From contig JAFVYC010000022.1 of NCBI GenBank assembly GCA_017500855.1, positions 13,020 to 77,019 of the forward strand: 64,000 nucleotides of DNA. Direction: 5' to 3'. Position 1 is the first letter of the stretch; every line of letters starts with the position of its first letter. The stretch is from Clostridia bacterium. Its GTDB lineage: Bacteria; Bacillota; Clostridia; Christensenellales; CAG-314. The translations under genes were made by a program, and so were the position numbers. Below the pieces are notes generated by a model. That model was not told the origin of the DNA, searched no databases, and was given only the letters and a program-made list of their open reading frames with translations. Shown one piece after another: positions 1-10,209 of the stretch.

Positions 1-20
1 TGGATTAACTTTTTGTCCCA
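1..20 (-). CDS. rpsC: 30S ribosomal protein S3, 5' end only (gene runs off the window)
   Basis: Reverse complement of 1-20 reads ATGGGACAAAAGTTAATCCA = MGQKVNP, the conserved S3 N-terminus. A GGGAGGA Shine-Dalgarno lies at 29-35. It follows L22 as in the canonical S10 operon. Confidence 0.75.
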
Positions 21-39
21 TAAAATCATTCCTCCCTCT

Positions 40-426
40 CTACGCTCTTTCGTCCAAGATCACTGTGATGTGACTTGTTCTCTTCAAGATACGATAGCCT
101 CTACCACGAGATACAGGTTGCATTCTCTTGAGAGTTGGGCCTTGATCTGCGAAGCATTCTGCCACGTAAAGAGTGTCTTTGTTCATGCCGAGATTTACTT
201 CAGCATTTGCTGCTGCGCTGTTCATGCATTTCAAAACAGGTTCGCAAGCAGACTTTGCTGTTGTTTTCAAAATTGCCACTGCATCCTTGTAGTTCTTGCC
301 ACGGATAAGATCCAAAACAACGTGAACCTTGGAAGGAGCAATGCGAATGTATTTTGCGATTGCCTTTGGGCGTCTGTCCTTGTTTTCAGCGCGCACAAGT
401 GCTTTTGCTTTACTTCTTGTTGCCAT
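40..426 (-). CDS. rplV: 50S ribosomal protein L22
   Basis: 128 aa. KYIRIAPSKVHVVLDLIRGK...GRGYRILKRTSHITVIL is L22-family sequence. The position between S19 and S3 is canonical. Confidence 0.95.
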   Translation of the reverse strand: MATRSKAKALVRAENKDRRPKAIAKYIRIAPSKVHVVLDLIRGKNYKDAVAILKTTAKSACEPVLKCMNSAAANAEVNLGMNKDTLYVAECFADQGPTLKRMQPVSRGRGYRILKRTSHITVILDERA

Positions 427-437
427 TGTTGTTCCTC

Positions 438-716
438 CTATCTACCGCCGCTGGTTTTGCTACCTGCGTGGCCTTTGAATGTTCTTGTTGGAGCAAATTC
501 GCCCAACTTCAAGCCAACCATGTCTTCTGTAACGTATACAGGAACATGCTTTCTGCCATCGTGTACTGCAATTGTGTGTCCTACGAAATCGGGGAAGATT
601 GTAGAACTTCTTGACCATGTTTTCAAAACTTTCTTTTCGCCTTTTTCATTCATTTCTTGCACTCTTTTCAAAAGTACAGGTTGAATATAAGGTCCTTTTT
701 TAACCGATCTACTCAT
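438..716 (-). CDS. rpsS: 30S ribosomal protein S19
   Basis: 92 aa. [10 protein letters not shown]...[38 protein letters not shown] is the S19 signature. Confidence 0.95.
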   Translation of the reverse strand: MSRSVKKGPYIQPVLLKRVQEMNEKGEKKVLKTWSRSSTIFPDFVGHTIAVHDGRKHVPVYVTEDMVGLKLGEFAPTRTFKGHAGSKTSGGR

Positions 717-729
717 TTTTTACCTCCGA

Positions 730-1554
730 TTAGTTAACACGCTTCACAATGAATTTGTTGGAAGCCTTCTTCTTTTTTCTTGTCTTGTGACCAAGAGCAG
801 GTTTACCCCAAGGAGTAACAGGGCCTGGACGACCGATTGGAGATTTGCCTTCGCCGCCGCCGTGGGGGTGGTCGCATGGGTTCATTACGCTACCACGTAC
901 TGTGGGTTTGATGCCCATGTGGCGTTTTTTACCAGCTTTACCAATGCGAACGATTTCGTGGTCGAGGTTGCCTACTTGGCCGATTGTTGCGTGGCACTTC
1001 AAGAGAACAAGTCTCACTTCGCCACTTGGCATACGCAATGTTGCGTACTTGCCTTCTTTTGCCATGAGTTGAGCAAAGATACCAGCGGAACGAGCAATTT
1101 GTCCGCCCTTGCCTGGGTTCATTTCGATGTTGTGAACGATGGAACCAACAGGGATGTTTTCCAAAGGAAGGTTGTTGCCAACTTTGATGTCTGCATCGGG
1201 GCTTGCAACTACTGTGTCGCCAACGTTCAAACCAACGGGAGCAAGGATGTATCTCTTTTCGCCGTCTGCGTAGTGAAGCAAAGCAATGTTTGCTGTACGG
1301 TTTGGATCGTATTCGATTGTTGCAACTTTTGCGGGAACGCTCTTGTCACGCTTGAAGTCGATGATTCTGTACTTGATGCGGTTTCCGCCACCGATGTGAC
1401 GAACTGTGATTCTGCCTGTAGCATTTCTACCGCCGGACTTCTTGTTTACAGCAAGAAGACTTCTTTCTGGTTTTGTTGTTGTGATTTCTTCGTACGCCGA
1501 AACGGACATGAAACGACGTGCCGGAGAAGTAGGTTTATACTTTTTGATAGCCAT
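730..1554 (-). CDS. rplB: 50S ribosomal protein L2
   Basis: 274 aa. Contains [15 protein letters not shown] and [30 protein letters not shown], both L2 signatures. Confidence 0.97.
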   Translation of the reverse strand: MAIKKYKPTSPARRFMSVSAYEEITTTKPERSLLAVNKKSGGRNATGRITVRHIGGGNRIKYRIIDFKRDKSVPAKVATIEYDPNRTANIALLHYADGEKRYILAPVGLNVGDTVVASPDADIKVGNNLPLENIPVGSIVHNIEMNPGKGGQIARSAGIFAQLMAKEGKYATLRMPSGEVRLVLLKCHATIGQVGNLDHEIVRIGKAGKKRHMGIKPTVRGSVMNPCDHPHGGGEGKSPIGRPGPVTPWGKPALGHKTRKKKKASNKFIVKRVN

Positions 1555-1572
1555 GTCAGTGTTCCTCCGTTA

Positions 1573-1863
1573 TTAGTTCAAGCTTTCGAAGTATGGGATA
1601 GCCTTGCTGTCGGAAGTGAGAGTTACTACTGCCTTTTTCCAGGAAGGTGTACGGCCTTGGTTGCGACCTTGTCTTCTGAGCTTACCTTGTACTGTAGCTG
1701 TTGTTACTTTTTCAACTTTTACGCCAAAAATTTCTTCCACTGCTTTTGCGATTTCTACTTTGTTTGCGGATTTTGCAACTTCAAACGTGTAGGTTTTTGC
1801 AGCGATACCGGCATAACTTTTTTCGGTAAGAACCGGACGTCTTATGATATCGTAAGAACTCAT
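1573..1863 (-). CDS. rplW: 50S ribosomal protein L23
   Basis: 96 aa. IIRRPVLTEKS...TFEVAKSANKVEIAKAVEEIFGVKVEKV matches L23. It overlaps the rplD stop by 4 nt (1860-1863). Confidence 0.93.
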   Translation of the reverse strand: MSSYDIIRRPVLTEKSYAGIAAKTYTFEVAKSANKVEIAKAVEEIFGVKVEKVTTATVQGKLRRQGRNQGRTPSWKKAVVTLTSDSKAIPYFESLN

Positions 1864-2480
1864 AGTGAATATGCCTCCTCAATTTGCTTGATAGCATCCT
1901 GTGTTGCGATGATTGCAACGTTGGAAACCAATTGGTAGATGTTTGCAAGCAAAGCATCTGTAACTGTCAACTTTTCGATGTTTGCGCCTGCTCTTGCAAC
2001 AACTTCGTCGTTAGCAACAACAAGAAGAGTTCTCTTGTTGCAATCGAAGTTCTTCAAGATTTGTGCAACAAGCTTTGTCTTTGGTGCTTCCAAAGCAATG
2101 CTGTCTACAACAAACAATTCGTTGTTGGCAACTTTGTAGCTGATTGCGCTACGGAATGCTTGTGCCTTCATTTTCTTGTTGATTTTCTTGGAGAAATCAC
2201 GTGGCTTTGGTGCGAAAACAACGCCACCCTTGATCCATTGTGGAGCACGAATGGAGCCTTGTCTTGCACGGCCTGTGCCCTTTTGACGCCAAGGTTTGAT
2301 ACCGCCACCACGAACTTCCGTACGTGTCAAAGCGCTTTTTGTGCCTTGTCTTTGGTTTGCTTGGTAAGCTACAACTGCTTGATGAATAAGAGCTTCGTTG
2401 TACTCACAACCGAACACGCTGTCGTCAAGCTTAATAGTTCCGACTTCAACAGCCGATGTGTTATAAAGTTTAACTTGCAT
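1860..2480 (-). CDS. rplD: 50S ribosomal protein L4
   Basis: 206 aa. TRTEVRGGGIKPWRQKGTGRARQGSIRAPQWIKGGVVFAPKPRDF matches L4. Confidence 0.93.
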   Translation of the reverse strand: MQVKLYNTSAVEVGTIKLDDSVFGCEYNEALIHQAVVAYQANQRQGTKSALTRTEVRGGGIKPWRQKGTGRARQGSIRAPQWIKGGVVFAPKPRDFSKKINKKMKAQAFRSAISYKVANNELFVVDSIALEAPKTKLVAQILKNFDCNKRTLLVVANDEVVARAGANIEKLTVTDALLANIYQLVSNVAIIATQDAIKQIEEAYSL

Positions 2481-2500
2481 TTTCTTTACTCCTTTTCACC

Positions 2501-3127
2501 TTATTTCTTAACTGCGTTACGAACATACACAATGCTGTTCTTTGCGCCGGGCACTGCACCTTTAACAAGGATAACACCCTTTTCTTTGTCGACTTTTACA
2601 ACAGAAAGATTCAAAATTGTTACTTGTTCTACACCGTAGTGACCTGGAAGTCTCTTACCGGGCATAACACGAGATGGGCTGGAAATTGGACCCATGGAAC
2701 CAACTTCTCTGTGCACAGGGCCCACACCGTGGGTTTCCTTGAGTCTGTGTTGATTCCAACGTTTGATAACGCCGGAGAAACCGTGACCCTTTGTGATGCC
2801 TGTAACGTCTACAACGTCGCCTGCTGCGAACACGTCACATTCTACCTTTTGACCAACTTCCAAAGTGCAACCTTCGAGTTGGAATTCGTGCAAGTACTTA
2901 ACGTTTGCACCTGCGTTTTTGCGATGACCAAGTTCTGGTTTGTTGAGTTTTCTTTCTGCAACTTCTTCAAAACCGAATTGTACTGCTTCATATCCGTCAC
3001 GTTCTACCGTTTTCTTTTGCACTACTGTGCATGGGCCGGCTTGAATTACGGTTACGGGAACCATTGTTCCGTCTTGGAGGAACAACTGTGTCATTCCCAA
3101 TTTCTTTCCTATGATTGCTTTATTCAT
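2501..3127 (-). CDS. rplC: 50S ribosomal protein L3
   Basis: 208 aa. MNKAIIGKKLGMTQLF...GITKGHGFSGVIKRWN matches L3. Confidence 0.95.
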   Translation of the reverse strand: MNKAIIGKKLGMTQLFLQDGTMVPVTVIQAGPCTVVQKKTVERDGYEAVQFGFEEVAERKLNKPELGHRKNAGANVKYLHEFQLEGCTLEVGQKVECDVFAAGDVVDVTGITKGHGFSGVIKRWNQHRLKETHGVGPVHREVGSMGPISSPSRVMPGKRLPGHYGVEQVTILNLSVVKVDKEKGVILVKGAVPGAKNSIVYVRNAVKK

Positions 3128-3157
3128 TGATAAAGTTCACCTCCGTATCCTTTTATA

Positions 3158-3466
3158 TTACAGCTTGATTTTTACATCGATACCTGCTGGCAAATCCAAC
3201 TTTGTGAGAGAGTCGATTGTCTTTGCGTTTGGGCTGTAGATGTCAATCAAACGTTTGTATGTGCGAAGTTCGAATTGTTCACGAGCATCCTTATACTTGT
3301 GTGTAGCACGAAGAACGGTAACAATTTCCTTTTCGGTTGGAAGGGGAATTGGACCTGCAACTTTGCTACCCATTTTCTTTGCTGTTTCAACAATTTTCGA
3401 GCATGCAAGATCCACAAGATTGTGGTCGTAAGACTTGAGCTTGATTCTGATTCTTTGATTAGCCAT
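3158..3466 (-). CDS. rpsJ: 30S ribosomal protein S10
   Basis: 102 aa. [15 protein letters not shown]...[26 protein letters not shown] matches S10. It is the first gene of the operon. Confidence 0.95.
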   Translation of the reverse strand: MANQRIRIKLKSYDHNLVDLACSKIVETAKKMGSKVAGPIPLPTEKEIVTVLRATHKYKDAREQFELRTYKRLIDIYSPNAKTIDSLTKLDLPAGIDVKIKL

Positions 3467-3723
3467 GTGTGTTTCTTCTCCTTTTTTGTGTTTTATTTAC
3501 CGAATCTTTTTGCCGACAACACTTCCGTGTGTTTCGACCTGCGACTTTTATAAAAGCAAACCATGTTTGCTCACCAATATCTGCACCAGTTTGACGTTGG
3601 CCTGTGTCACTTAGCGCCTGATACCACGATTCGGCCACAACGTTCCAGACGTTGCTGGGTCGGCAACAAGTTTTCTGTTTTCTCAGTAACCTTGTGCGTC
3701 AGCCCCTATTTCGCAGCTTGTAT

Positions 3724-3752
3724 ATGATAACACATTTGTCAATATGTGTCAA
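3724..3752 (-). promoter_or_regulatory. sigma-A type promoter of the S10 operon
   Basis: Read on the minus strand: TTGACA (3752-3747), 17-nt spacer, TATCAT (3729-3724). This leaves a leader of about 250 nt before rpsJ. Confidence 0.6.
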
Positions 3753-3994
3753 ACAAAATAACCCACAAAAAATAATTTTTTCAAAATTTTTTTACTAATA
3801 TTTTTGCATCGATTTTTTGCCGTTTTCTCACGCTTTTTGCAAGGGTTTTTTGCCAAATTTTTGCCGTTGAAAGAAGTTGTCTTGCCAAAACGTTTGCAAA
3901 AGGAAACGTACCACAAGTGAAAAACACGGTTGAGCATGCTTGCACCACTGTTTGCTTGAATAAGTCGTAGATTGTTGTGTTTGTGTTGAAATAA

Positions 3995-4021
3995 ACAAAA
4001 AGCCGATGTTTCCATCGGCTT
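3995..4021 (-). terminator. intrinsic terminator after the large pilin-like gene
   Basis: Stem AAGCCGATG / CATCGGCTT (4000-4008 / 4013-4021). On the minus strand it is followed by TTTTG. Confidence 0.6.
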
Positions 4022-4045
4022 GAGTTTGTTAGGTTGCTTGAAATA

Positions 4046-5383
4046 CTATTTCACGTAGGTTGCAAGTTCTTCCATTGCTGTTTGATTGTTGTACAAAGCG
4101 TGACCTTCGGAGTATTGTCCACGGTCAGCAATTTTTACTACGTTTGTTGCGTAGGTGTTGCCACTGAACGTACCAAACACTGCCTTGAAGGATTCAAGGT
4201 TTTGCGGATCTGTCATTGCGTCGTGGAAGTAAACAACGCCGTTGGCAGAAGCAACTGTGTTGTTTGTGAAGTTAATCTTCAAGCTTGCAAGTTCTGCATC
4301 GCTGTCGTAGTTGGAAATTTGGATGCAGTTGTAGGAAGATGCTCCTGTGTTCATGGAGAATTTGCAGTTTGTGATATTAACAGTTGTGTATTCCCAGTCG
4401 CTAATATGAATACCTCTGTCACAACTGATAAATTCACAACCATCAAATGTTACAATAGATGGGCTATCTACAGTTGGGCCACCGTACACAGGGCCATTAG
4501 AACCCGATTGCGAACCAGGTTGCAACACAACCGCGAATTTATCCTTGCCGGTATTGATAAACTTGCAGTTTGTGAAGGTTACATTGTATCCTTTGTCGTA
4601 GTACTGATAGAAACCAATATGTTCTGTGAAGACACAGTCAACGTATTCAATTTCTTGAATATTTTGCAATGTAGAACTACCGGACCCAACGCCTTCCGGA
4701 TTCAATGTGTTTGTGTAAACTCTCTTCACAATGACACCTTGCGACGTTGTATCTACTGGCGCCTTGTCTTTTATAATAGTTTGCACGCCATTTTGTTCGC
4801 CCGTTGCAAAGTCGTCGCTAATAACAATACCGTTTTGAACTTCTACTTGCGCACTACCCTTGCTAACTGTGCAAACGTTGCCGTTCAAATCGAGAACGTA
4901 GGGGCCATTTGCAAATGCGGAAGCAAATTCTTGTTGGTTGCTGATTGTGCCTACAGCGTAGTACAAGCTGATGCCGGGAACCATCGAAGATGCGTGGTCA
5001 CGGTAAGGAATCCACAATTCGTTGACAGCTACTGTTGCGCCTTCTGGGTAGCAAACGTTATTAGTTTTGTCCAACAAGTAGAAGCGGTTTGTGGTTTGAT
5101 GGTAACCATAGTGGTAGCCTGTGGAGTATGGCACTTGTTTTTCGTAGCTGAAACCGTTTGCACGCAGAGCGTCCAATGCTTCTGTTATTGTTTCGGGCTT
5201 ACCAAAAACTTCTTCCGCCATGAGCACCTTGTTAATCATAGTGATTGTTGCTTGGTCGTTGGAAAGATTTGCCTTTGCAATGAAGCTTGTGTATCCAACA
5301 ACGGAAACAGTAGCCAAAATTGCCAAAATTGCAATTACCACCAACAATTCAACAAGCGTGAAGCCTTTTTTTGAATGTTTCAT
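4046..5383 (-). CDS. prepilin-type N-terminal cleavage/methylation domain protein with a large C-terminal beta-helix-like domain
   Basis: Start trimmed to the ATG at 5383, which has an AAGGAG SD (the ORF track extends to 5491). The N-terminus MKHSKKG/FTLVELLVVIAILAILA is a class III signal with Gly-1, Phe+1 and Glu+5. The C-terminal half has repeated xNCKF/xGCEF turns (VTFTNCKFINTG, VTFDGCEFISCD, VNITNCKFSMNTG, INFTNNTVASANG) typical of parallel beta-helices. Confidence 0.8.
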   Translation of the reverse strand: MKHSKKGFTLVELLVVIAILAILATVSVVGYTSFIAKANLSNDQATITMINKVLMAEEVFGKPETITEALDALRANGFSYEKQVPYSTGYHYGYHQTTNRFYLLDKTNNVCYPEGATVAVNELWIPYRDHASSMVPGISLYYAVGTISNQQEFASAFANGPYVLDLNGNVCTVSKGSAQVEVQNGIVISDDFATGEQNGVQTIIKDKAPVDTTSQGVIVKRVYTNTLNPEGVGSGSSTLQNIQEIEYVDCVFTEHIGFYQYYDKGYNVTFTNCKFINTGKDKFAVVLQPGSQSGSNGPVYGGPTVDSPSIVTFDGCEFISCDRGIHISDWEYTTVNITNCKFSMNTGASSYNCIQISNYDSDAELASLKINFTNNTVASANGVVYFHDAMTDPQNLESFKAVFGTFSGNTYATNVVKIADRGQYSEGHALYNNQTAMEELATYVK

Positions 5384-5492
5384 TTTGTTTTTCTCCTTTG
5401 ATAAATTTGTATGTTTGTCGCATTGCGACTTGCATCCGAATGTGTTGAGAACGAGCACTGCACTACTTGTGCAAAGTACACTTCTTTTCATT

Positions 5493-5521
5493 ATTATATT
5501 AGGTCTTTTGACCTATGTCAA
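5493..5521 (-). promoter_or_regulatory. promoter of the pilin-like gene
   Basis: Minus strand: TTGACA (5521-5516), 17 nt, TATAAT (5498-5493). The spacer contains a GGTCAAAAGAC repeat that also occurs just upstream. Confidence 0.6.
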
Positions 5522-5554
5522 GTCTTTTGACCTAAAAAGTCATATAATATAGAT

Positions 5555-5776
5555 ATGAACACAGAAAAATTTACCTACAACTACATTGACTTGATAAAGC
5601 AAACCATGGCGGAACGCTCTCTGAGCCAACAAGCGCTGGCAAACATTTTGGGGGTTAACCAAACAACGGTGAGCCAATGGCTACTTGGGCGCAAAAAGCC
5701 CACCTACGACAACATCTACACTTTTTGCAAAAAGTTCGACGTGACACCCAACGAATTTTTTGGATTTGAATGCTGA
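5555..5776 (+). CDS. XRE-family helix-turn-helix transcriptional regulator
   Basis: 73 aa. LSQQALANILGVNQTTVSQWLLGRKKPTYDNIYTFCKKFDVTPNEFF is a Cro/C1-type HTH. There is no SD. A TATAAT at 5543-5548 sits 6 nt before the ATG, so the mRNA may be leaderless. Confidence 0.85.
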   Translation: MNTEKFTYNYIDLIKQTMAERSLSQQALANILGVNQTTVSQWLLGRKKPTYDNIYTFCKKFDVTPNEFFGFEC

Positions 5777-5980
5777 TGGAACGCAGAGTAAGCACTAGAT
5801 GCGAGAGATACACTTTGCAAGCGTCCCTGCGCTACACAAAGACAAAAAAATCCAACACGTGGTGGCAAAAATGCACGTTTGCTGTTGATGTGGGCGCTTT
5901 GTTAAATTCACAATATCACGAAAGAAAACTGCTAGGTCAAAAAGAACAATACGTATGCAAAAATTGCTACACAACAACAA

Positions 5981-6012
5981 AGAGCAAGCCGAACGCTTGT
6001 TCTCTTTTTTTT
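5981..6012 (+). terminator. probable intrinsic terminator downstream of the XRE gene
   Basis: Imperfect stem AGAGCAAGC / GCTTGTTCTCT followed by T8 (6005-6012). Confidence 0.5.
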
Positions 6013-6391
6013 GCAATAATCCACACACGGGGTGCAAAATTGCGTGGGTATGGTTTGGTTTTGTTACTAAATACAACGACACAAAAATTGCTGAGCAAAA
6101 TCACGTGACACAACACGCACTTTCGCTTGCAAACAACACAAAAACCCACACACGGGGTAGGGAAAACGCTTGTTGCGGGCATAGAAAGTTGTCATTTGCA
6201 AAAAACATGCTTGCAACAGCCACAAAACTCCAATTTTGTTGAATATAACAACCAAATTTTGCGACAAAAACCATCCCCCCCCTTGCAGGAGTGTTGCAAA
6301 AATTCCACCACGTCCCCAACAAAAACGCAAAACGACAAAAGGGCATAAAAAAAGCCACCACGCATTGCACGCAGCAGCCTTTCTTGAAGGG

Positions 6392-6790
6392 TTAGATATT
6401 TTTTTGAATAACAAGAAAAACAATGGAAATTGCAATGAATATTGCACCTACAATCAAAAAGTGATTGAACGGTTTTTCCTTGCCAACTTGCGCCTCCTTG
6501 TACTGGTTGTAGGACCTGTACTTGACTTTGCTCAAATCCCTGCGGAACAAATCGAAGAATTTGATCATTCCATAGGAAATCATGTCCAAAGAGCCATGGT
6601 TTGTTGCAAACGTCAGCAAACCAACGCACAAAGAGATTGCTCCGGGCACAAAGAATGCGTTATTCAAATTTGTCAGTATCACGTCTGTGTCGGTTTGGGA
6701 AAATGTGTTGGAGGAAACCAGCATTAGCACGGCAATAACAACACAAAACCCAAGCGTACACAAGAACACAATGAGATTTTTGTTTTTCAT
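6392..6790 (-). CDS. small membrane protein (DUF3899-like), last gene of the opp transcription unit
   Basis: 132 aa with three hydrophobic helices and a central SLDMISYGMIKFFDLFRR segment resembling DUF3899 proteins. It starts 8 nt after the oppF stop. Confidence 0.55.
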   Translation of the reverse strand: MKNKNLIVFLCTLGFCVVIAVLMLVSSNTFSQTDTDVILTNLNNAFFVPGAISLCVGLLTFATNHGSLDMISYGMIKFFDLFRRDLSKVKYRSYNQYKEAQVGKEKPFNHFLIVGAIFIAISIVFLVIQKNI

Positions 6791-6798
6791 TTTCTACT

Positions 6799-8046
6799 CT
6801 AGTTGGATTCCGCAAGTTCCTTTTGGTATGCTTTGAACTCGTCGTCACTGCAATAGATGAAGTGACCCGGTGTGATTTCTTGCATGTAGGGTTTTTGAAC
6901 GGAGTAGTCGTGAGCAGCAATTGGATTGTACACAATACGTTTGCGTTGTTTTTCCGAATGAGGGTCGGGCAATGGAATTGCCGAAAGCAAACTCTTTGTG
7001 TAGGGGTGCAAAGGATGAGCAAACAACTCGTCACTTGTGGTAAGTTCAACAATTTTACCGAAGTACATAACGGCAATTCTGTCGGAGAAGTACTTTACAA
7101 CGGACAAGTCGTGCGCAATGAACAAAATTGTCAATCCCAAACGTTCACGAAGGTCGTTGAGCAAGTTGATTACTTGCGCTTGGATGGAAACGTCCAATGC
7201 GGAAATTGGTTCGTCGGCAATGATCATTTCGGGTTGCAAAACAATTGCTCTTGCAATACCGATACGTTGACGTTGACCGCCGGAGAATTCGTGTGGGTAG
7301 CGACCTGCGTGTTCTGGAACAAGGCCAACCAAGTCCAAAACTTTGTACACTTGTTGATCGATGTAGTGTTTGTCGGTGATACCACGAACAATCAAACCTT
7401 CTGCAATGATTTCACGTACGGTCATACGTGGATTCAAAGAAGCAATTGGGTCTTGGAAGATCATTTGAATTTTGTTCATGATCCTGTCCTTGGAAGCAAT
7501 GCGCATTTCTTCCTTTTTCTTTTGTTCCAAAATTGCTTTTTCTTCTTCAGTTTTTGCAGCGGCAATAAGTCCTTCGTACTTCAATGCAACCTTGCGCATT
7601 TGTTCCGCAGCGTACATTTTGTTGCAGTTTTTGTGGTCGTTCTTTGCTTCCTTGATGGCTTGTTGTTGCTTTGCAACTTTTGCATTCAATTCTGCCTTGA
7701 CTTGTGCAATTTGTTCGGCACTGTCAATTGCGCCACTTGCCTTGATTTCGGCAATTTTTGCTTTGGCTTGCGCCTTGGCATCCTTGATGGCTTGCTTGTA
7801 GGGACGAACACCAGCGCAAATGCGTTGGCCGTCGAAGTACACGGAACCACCTGTGATGTCGTACAAACGAATGATAGAACGGCCTGTTGTTGTTTTTCCG
7901 CAACCGGATTCACCAACCAAACCAAAAACTTCGCCTTTGTACACTTGGAAGTTGACATCGTCTACTGCCTTGTTTACATAGGTTCCTGAACGGAAGTATT
8001 GTTCCAAATGCTTGACTTCAAGCAATACTTTTTTGTCGTTTGCCAT
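6799..8046 (-). CDS. oppF: oligopeptide/dipeptide ABC transporter ATP-binding protein (OppF-type) with a coiled-coil insertion
   Basis: 415 aa. Walker [11 protein letters not shown]-loop [15 protein letters not shown], signature [14 protein letters not shown], Walker [12 protein letters not shown], and an oligopeptide C-terminal region. An insert of about 100 aa rich in Lys/Ala/Glu lies at aa 82-185. Confidence 0.9.
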   Translation of the reverse strand: MANDKKVLLEVKHLEQYFRSGTYVNKAVDDVNFQVYKGEVFGLVGESGCGKTTTGRSIIRLYDITGGSVYFDGQRICAGVRPYKQAIKDAKAQAKAKIAEIKASGAIDSAEQIAQVKAELNAKVAKQQQAIKEAKNDHKNCNKMYAAEQMRKVALKYEGLIAAAKTEEEKAILEQKKKEEMRIASKDRIMNKIQMIFQDPIASLNPRMTVREIIAEGLIVRGITDKHYIDQQVYKVLDLVGLVPEHAGRYPHEFSGGQRQRIGIARAIVLQPEMIIADEPISALDVSIQAQVINLLNDLRERLGLTILFIAHDLSVVKYFSDRIAVMYFGKIVELTTSDELFAHPLHPYTKSLLSAIPLPDPHSEKQRKRIVYNPIAAHDYSVQKPYMQEITPGHFIYCSDDEFKAYQKELAESN

Positions 8047-8047
8047 G

Positions 8048-10207
8048 TTACTTTACCTCCTTTTGGGACATTCTTGCAATTCTGTCTGTTACAATACGTG
8101 GAGGTTCTACCTTTGGTGCGCTTGGGTGAAGCAACCAAGTTGCAGCATAGTGACTTTCGGAAACTTGGAACATTGGTGGTTGCTCTTCGAAATCAATTTG
8201 CAATGCGTACTTGTTACGTGCAGCAAATGCATCTCCCTTGGGTGGGAAAATCATGTTTGGAGGAGTGCCGGGGATGGCTTCCAACTTTTCCTTTGTGTCA
8301 AGGTCGGGCATGGAAGACAGCAACGCCCAAGTATATGGGTGGCGAGGATCGTAGAAAATGTCATCTGCTGTGCCATATTCCACAATTTTGCCTGCGTACA
8401 TAACGGCAATTCTGTCTGCCATGTTTGCAACAACACCCAAGTCGTGTGTTACGAAAATAACGGAAAGATTGCGTTCTACCTTGATGCGGTTGATAAGTTC
8501 CAAAATTTGCGATTGAATTGTAACGTCCAACGCTGTTGTTGGTTCGTCGCAAATGAGGATGTCGGGGTTTGCTGCAAGCGCAATAGCAATAACGATACGT
8601 TGACGCATACCACCGGAGAACTCGAATGGATACTGATTGTATCTGATTGCAGGTTCGGGAATACCAACTTCTTCCAAAAGTTTCAAAGCCTTGGCTTTTG
8701 CCATTTTCTTTGTTACCTTGTAAACAACGGAAGATGCTTGTTCTCTCAAAAATTCGATAAGAGCAACCATTTCTTCCCTGCTGTTGAACTTGTCGGCATT
8801 TTCCAAATCTTTCACAATGCTAGCACGCAAATTGCGAAGGATTGTGCGAATGTTTTTCTTTGCAAGTTCCAAATCCACAAGTGCAGCGGGAACAACTTTC
8901 CAGTCGGGATTCTTGCCTTGCGCAACAAGTTTGTTGAGTTTTTCCGATTGTTTTTGGAAACGAGCAAGTTCCTTGGGGTTGTTTTTTACGCCGGCAAAGT
9001 ACTTGTTCACAGCATCCTTGATGCTGGAGCCAAAAATGTACTCTGTGCTGTTTTTGCCAACCTTCAAACGGTTGATTGCTCTTTCTACTCGTACAATCAA
9101 CGTGCTCAAAAGTTCACGTGTTGCTTTGCTATCCAATTCTTCTTGAGAGAAGAATTCCAATGCTTTGTCGATTGCAGGCAAGCAAGCGCTCTTTGCATTG
9201 ATGCTTGTTTTGTGGCTGTGTTGAACTGCTGCTGCGCCTTCGTCGATGAACGCAAGCATGAAGTCGTCGTCCAAGAACTTGCGTGTCATTGCTGTCAACT
9301 CTTCAATTGGCATGTCGTCCACGTTTGCCGTGGGGTTCTTCATCATGTAGTAGCCAAGTGTGAAGTAGTTGGGCTTTGGGCGTTGAGTAGCCTTGTCCAA
9401 AATTTCAACAATTTTGTTGAGGTATTCCACGCTGTTGGCGGAAATAGCCGTTGCTTTGCCAAACAAACCAAAGGATTGTTTTTCCGAAGCAAGGGAAACA
9501 AGCATTGCTTTGAGTTCGTCGTCCATCACAACGATGTCGGGGTGAACTGTTTCGGGAACAACTGTGACAACGTTGCCAAGAACTTTGCGAGCATCGATTG
9601 GTCTGTTTTTGGAGATGAGGAACAATGCGTTTTCAATGTCCAACTTGAGTTCCAAAGCCTTGCGGTGCTTTTCGTTGTAGGCACTTTCCAACTTGGTGCT
9701 GTTGATGCAAAATTGGTCAAAAATTTTGCATTGCTCTTCGTTGTGCTTCTTTTGCTCTTCCGATTGAGCAAGTTGGTCCATGTTGACGTTGAGAAGTCTC
9801 AACATTTCGTTGAAGTTTCTTCTTGCATTGCGTTGGCTTGCGCCACTCTTCAAAAGCATTGCTTCTGTGAGTTGCTTGCCCACCTTCATGATGGGGTTCA
9901 AGCTTGACATTGGATCTTGGAAGATCATGGCAATTTTGTCACCACGGATTTTGTGGAAATCTTCTTCGGAGATTTTGAGCAAATCTTGTCCGTCGTAGAT
10001 GATTTCGCCACCTTCAACAATTGCGTTACCTGCCAAAATACCAATGATAGCACGGTTTGTTACGGATTTACCACTGCCGGATTCGCCAACAAGAGCAAGT
10101 GTTTCGCCCTTGTACAAGTCAAAACTGATGTTGCGAACGGCTTGTACCTTTCCGCCTTGCGTACGGAAAGACACAATCAAATCTTTTACTTCTAGTTTTT
10201 TGTCCAT
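8048..10207 (-). CDS. oppD: oligopeptide ABC transporter ATP-binding protein (OppD-type) with a ~375-aa insertion
   Basis: 719 aa. Walker [22 protein letters not shown], then about 375 extra residues before [39 protein letters not shown] and HPYTWALL. Confidence 0.9.
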   Translation of the reverse strand: MDKKLEVKDLIVSFRTQGGKVQAVRNISFDLYKGETLALVGESGSGKSVTNRAIIGILAGNAIVEGGEIIYDGQDLLKISEEDFHKIRGDKIAMIFQDPMSSLNPIMKVGKQLTEAMLLKSGASQRNARRNFNEMLRLLNVNMDQLAQSEEQKKHNEEQCKIFDQFCINSTKLESAYNEKHRKALELKLDIENALFLISKNRPIDARKVLGNVVTVVPETVHPDIVVMDDELKAMLVSLASEKQSFGLFGKATAISANSVEYLNKIVEILDKATQRPKPNYFTLGYYMMKNPTANVDDMPIEELTAMTRKFLDDDFMLAFIDEGAAAVQHSHKTSINAKSACLPAIDKALEFFSQEELDSKATRELLSTLIVRVERAINRLKVGKNSTEYIFGSSIKDAVNKYFAGVKNNPKELARFQKQSEKLNKLVAQGKNPDWKVVPAALVDLELAKKNIRTILRNLRASIVKDLENADKFNSREEMVALIEFLREQASSVVYKVTKKMAKAKALKLLEEVGIPEPAIRYNQYPFEFSGGMRQRIVIAIALAANPDILICDEPTTALDVTIQSQILELINRIKVERNLSVIFVTHDLGVVANMADRIAVMYAGKIVEYGTADDIFYDPRHPYTWALLSSMPDLDTKEKLEAIPGTPPNMIFPPKGDAFAARNKYALQIDFEEQPPMFQVSESHYAATWLLHPSAPKVEPPRIVTDRIARMSQKEVK

Positions 10208-10209
10208 GA

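Noticed and set aside
787-1938. 383-aa plus-strand ORF across rplB and rplW.
   Set aside because: It lies antisense to unmistakable ribosomal protein genes and is codon-aligned (offset 57). It is a shadow caused by the avoidance of TTA, CTA and TCA.
3590-3700. TPP riboswitch-like elements (GGGGCU...CUGAGA...ACCC...UCUGGAA) in the S10 leader.
   Set aside because: The pyrimidine-sensor helix consensus ACCUGAUCUGGAUAAUGCCAGCG is not matched, and the context (ribosomal operon) makes no biological sense for TPP.
5770-6447. Several overlapping 60-145-aa ORFs on both strands between the XRE gene and the DUF3899-like gene. Similar sets occur at 16031-16907, 17574-18598, 21970-22584, 31154-31644, 52043-52494 and 53214-53673.
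   Set aside because: They have no SD and overlap one another in several frames. The translations are dominated by Cys, Lys, Gln, Phe and Arg, derived from GCAAAA/TTGC repeats. I treated these regions as non-coding.
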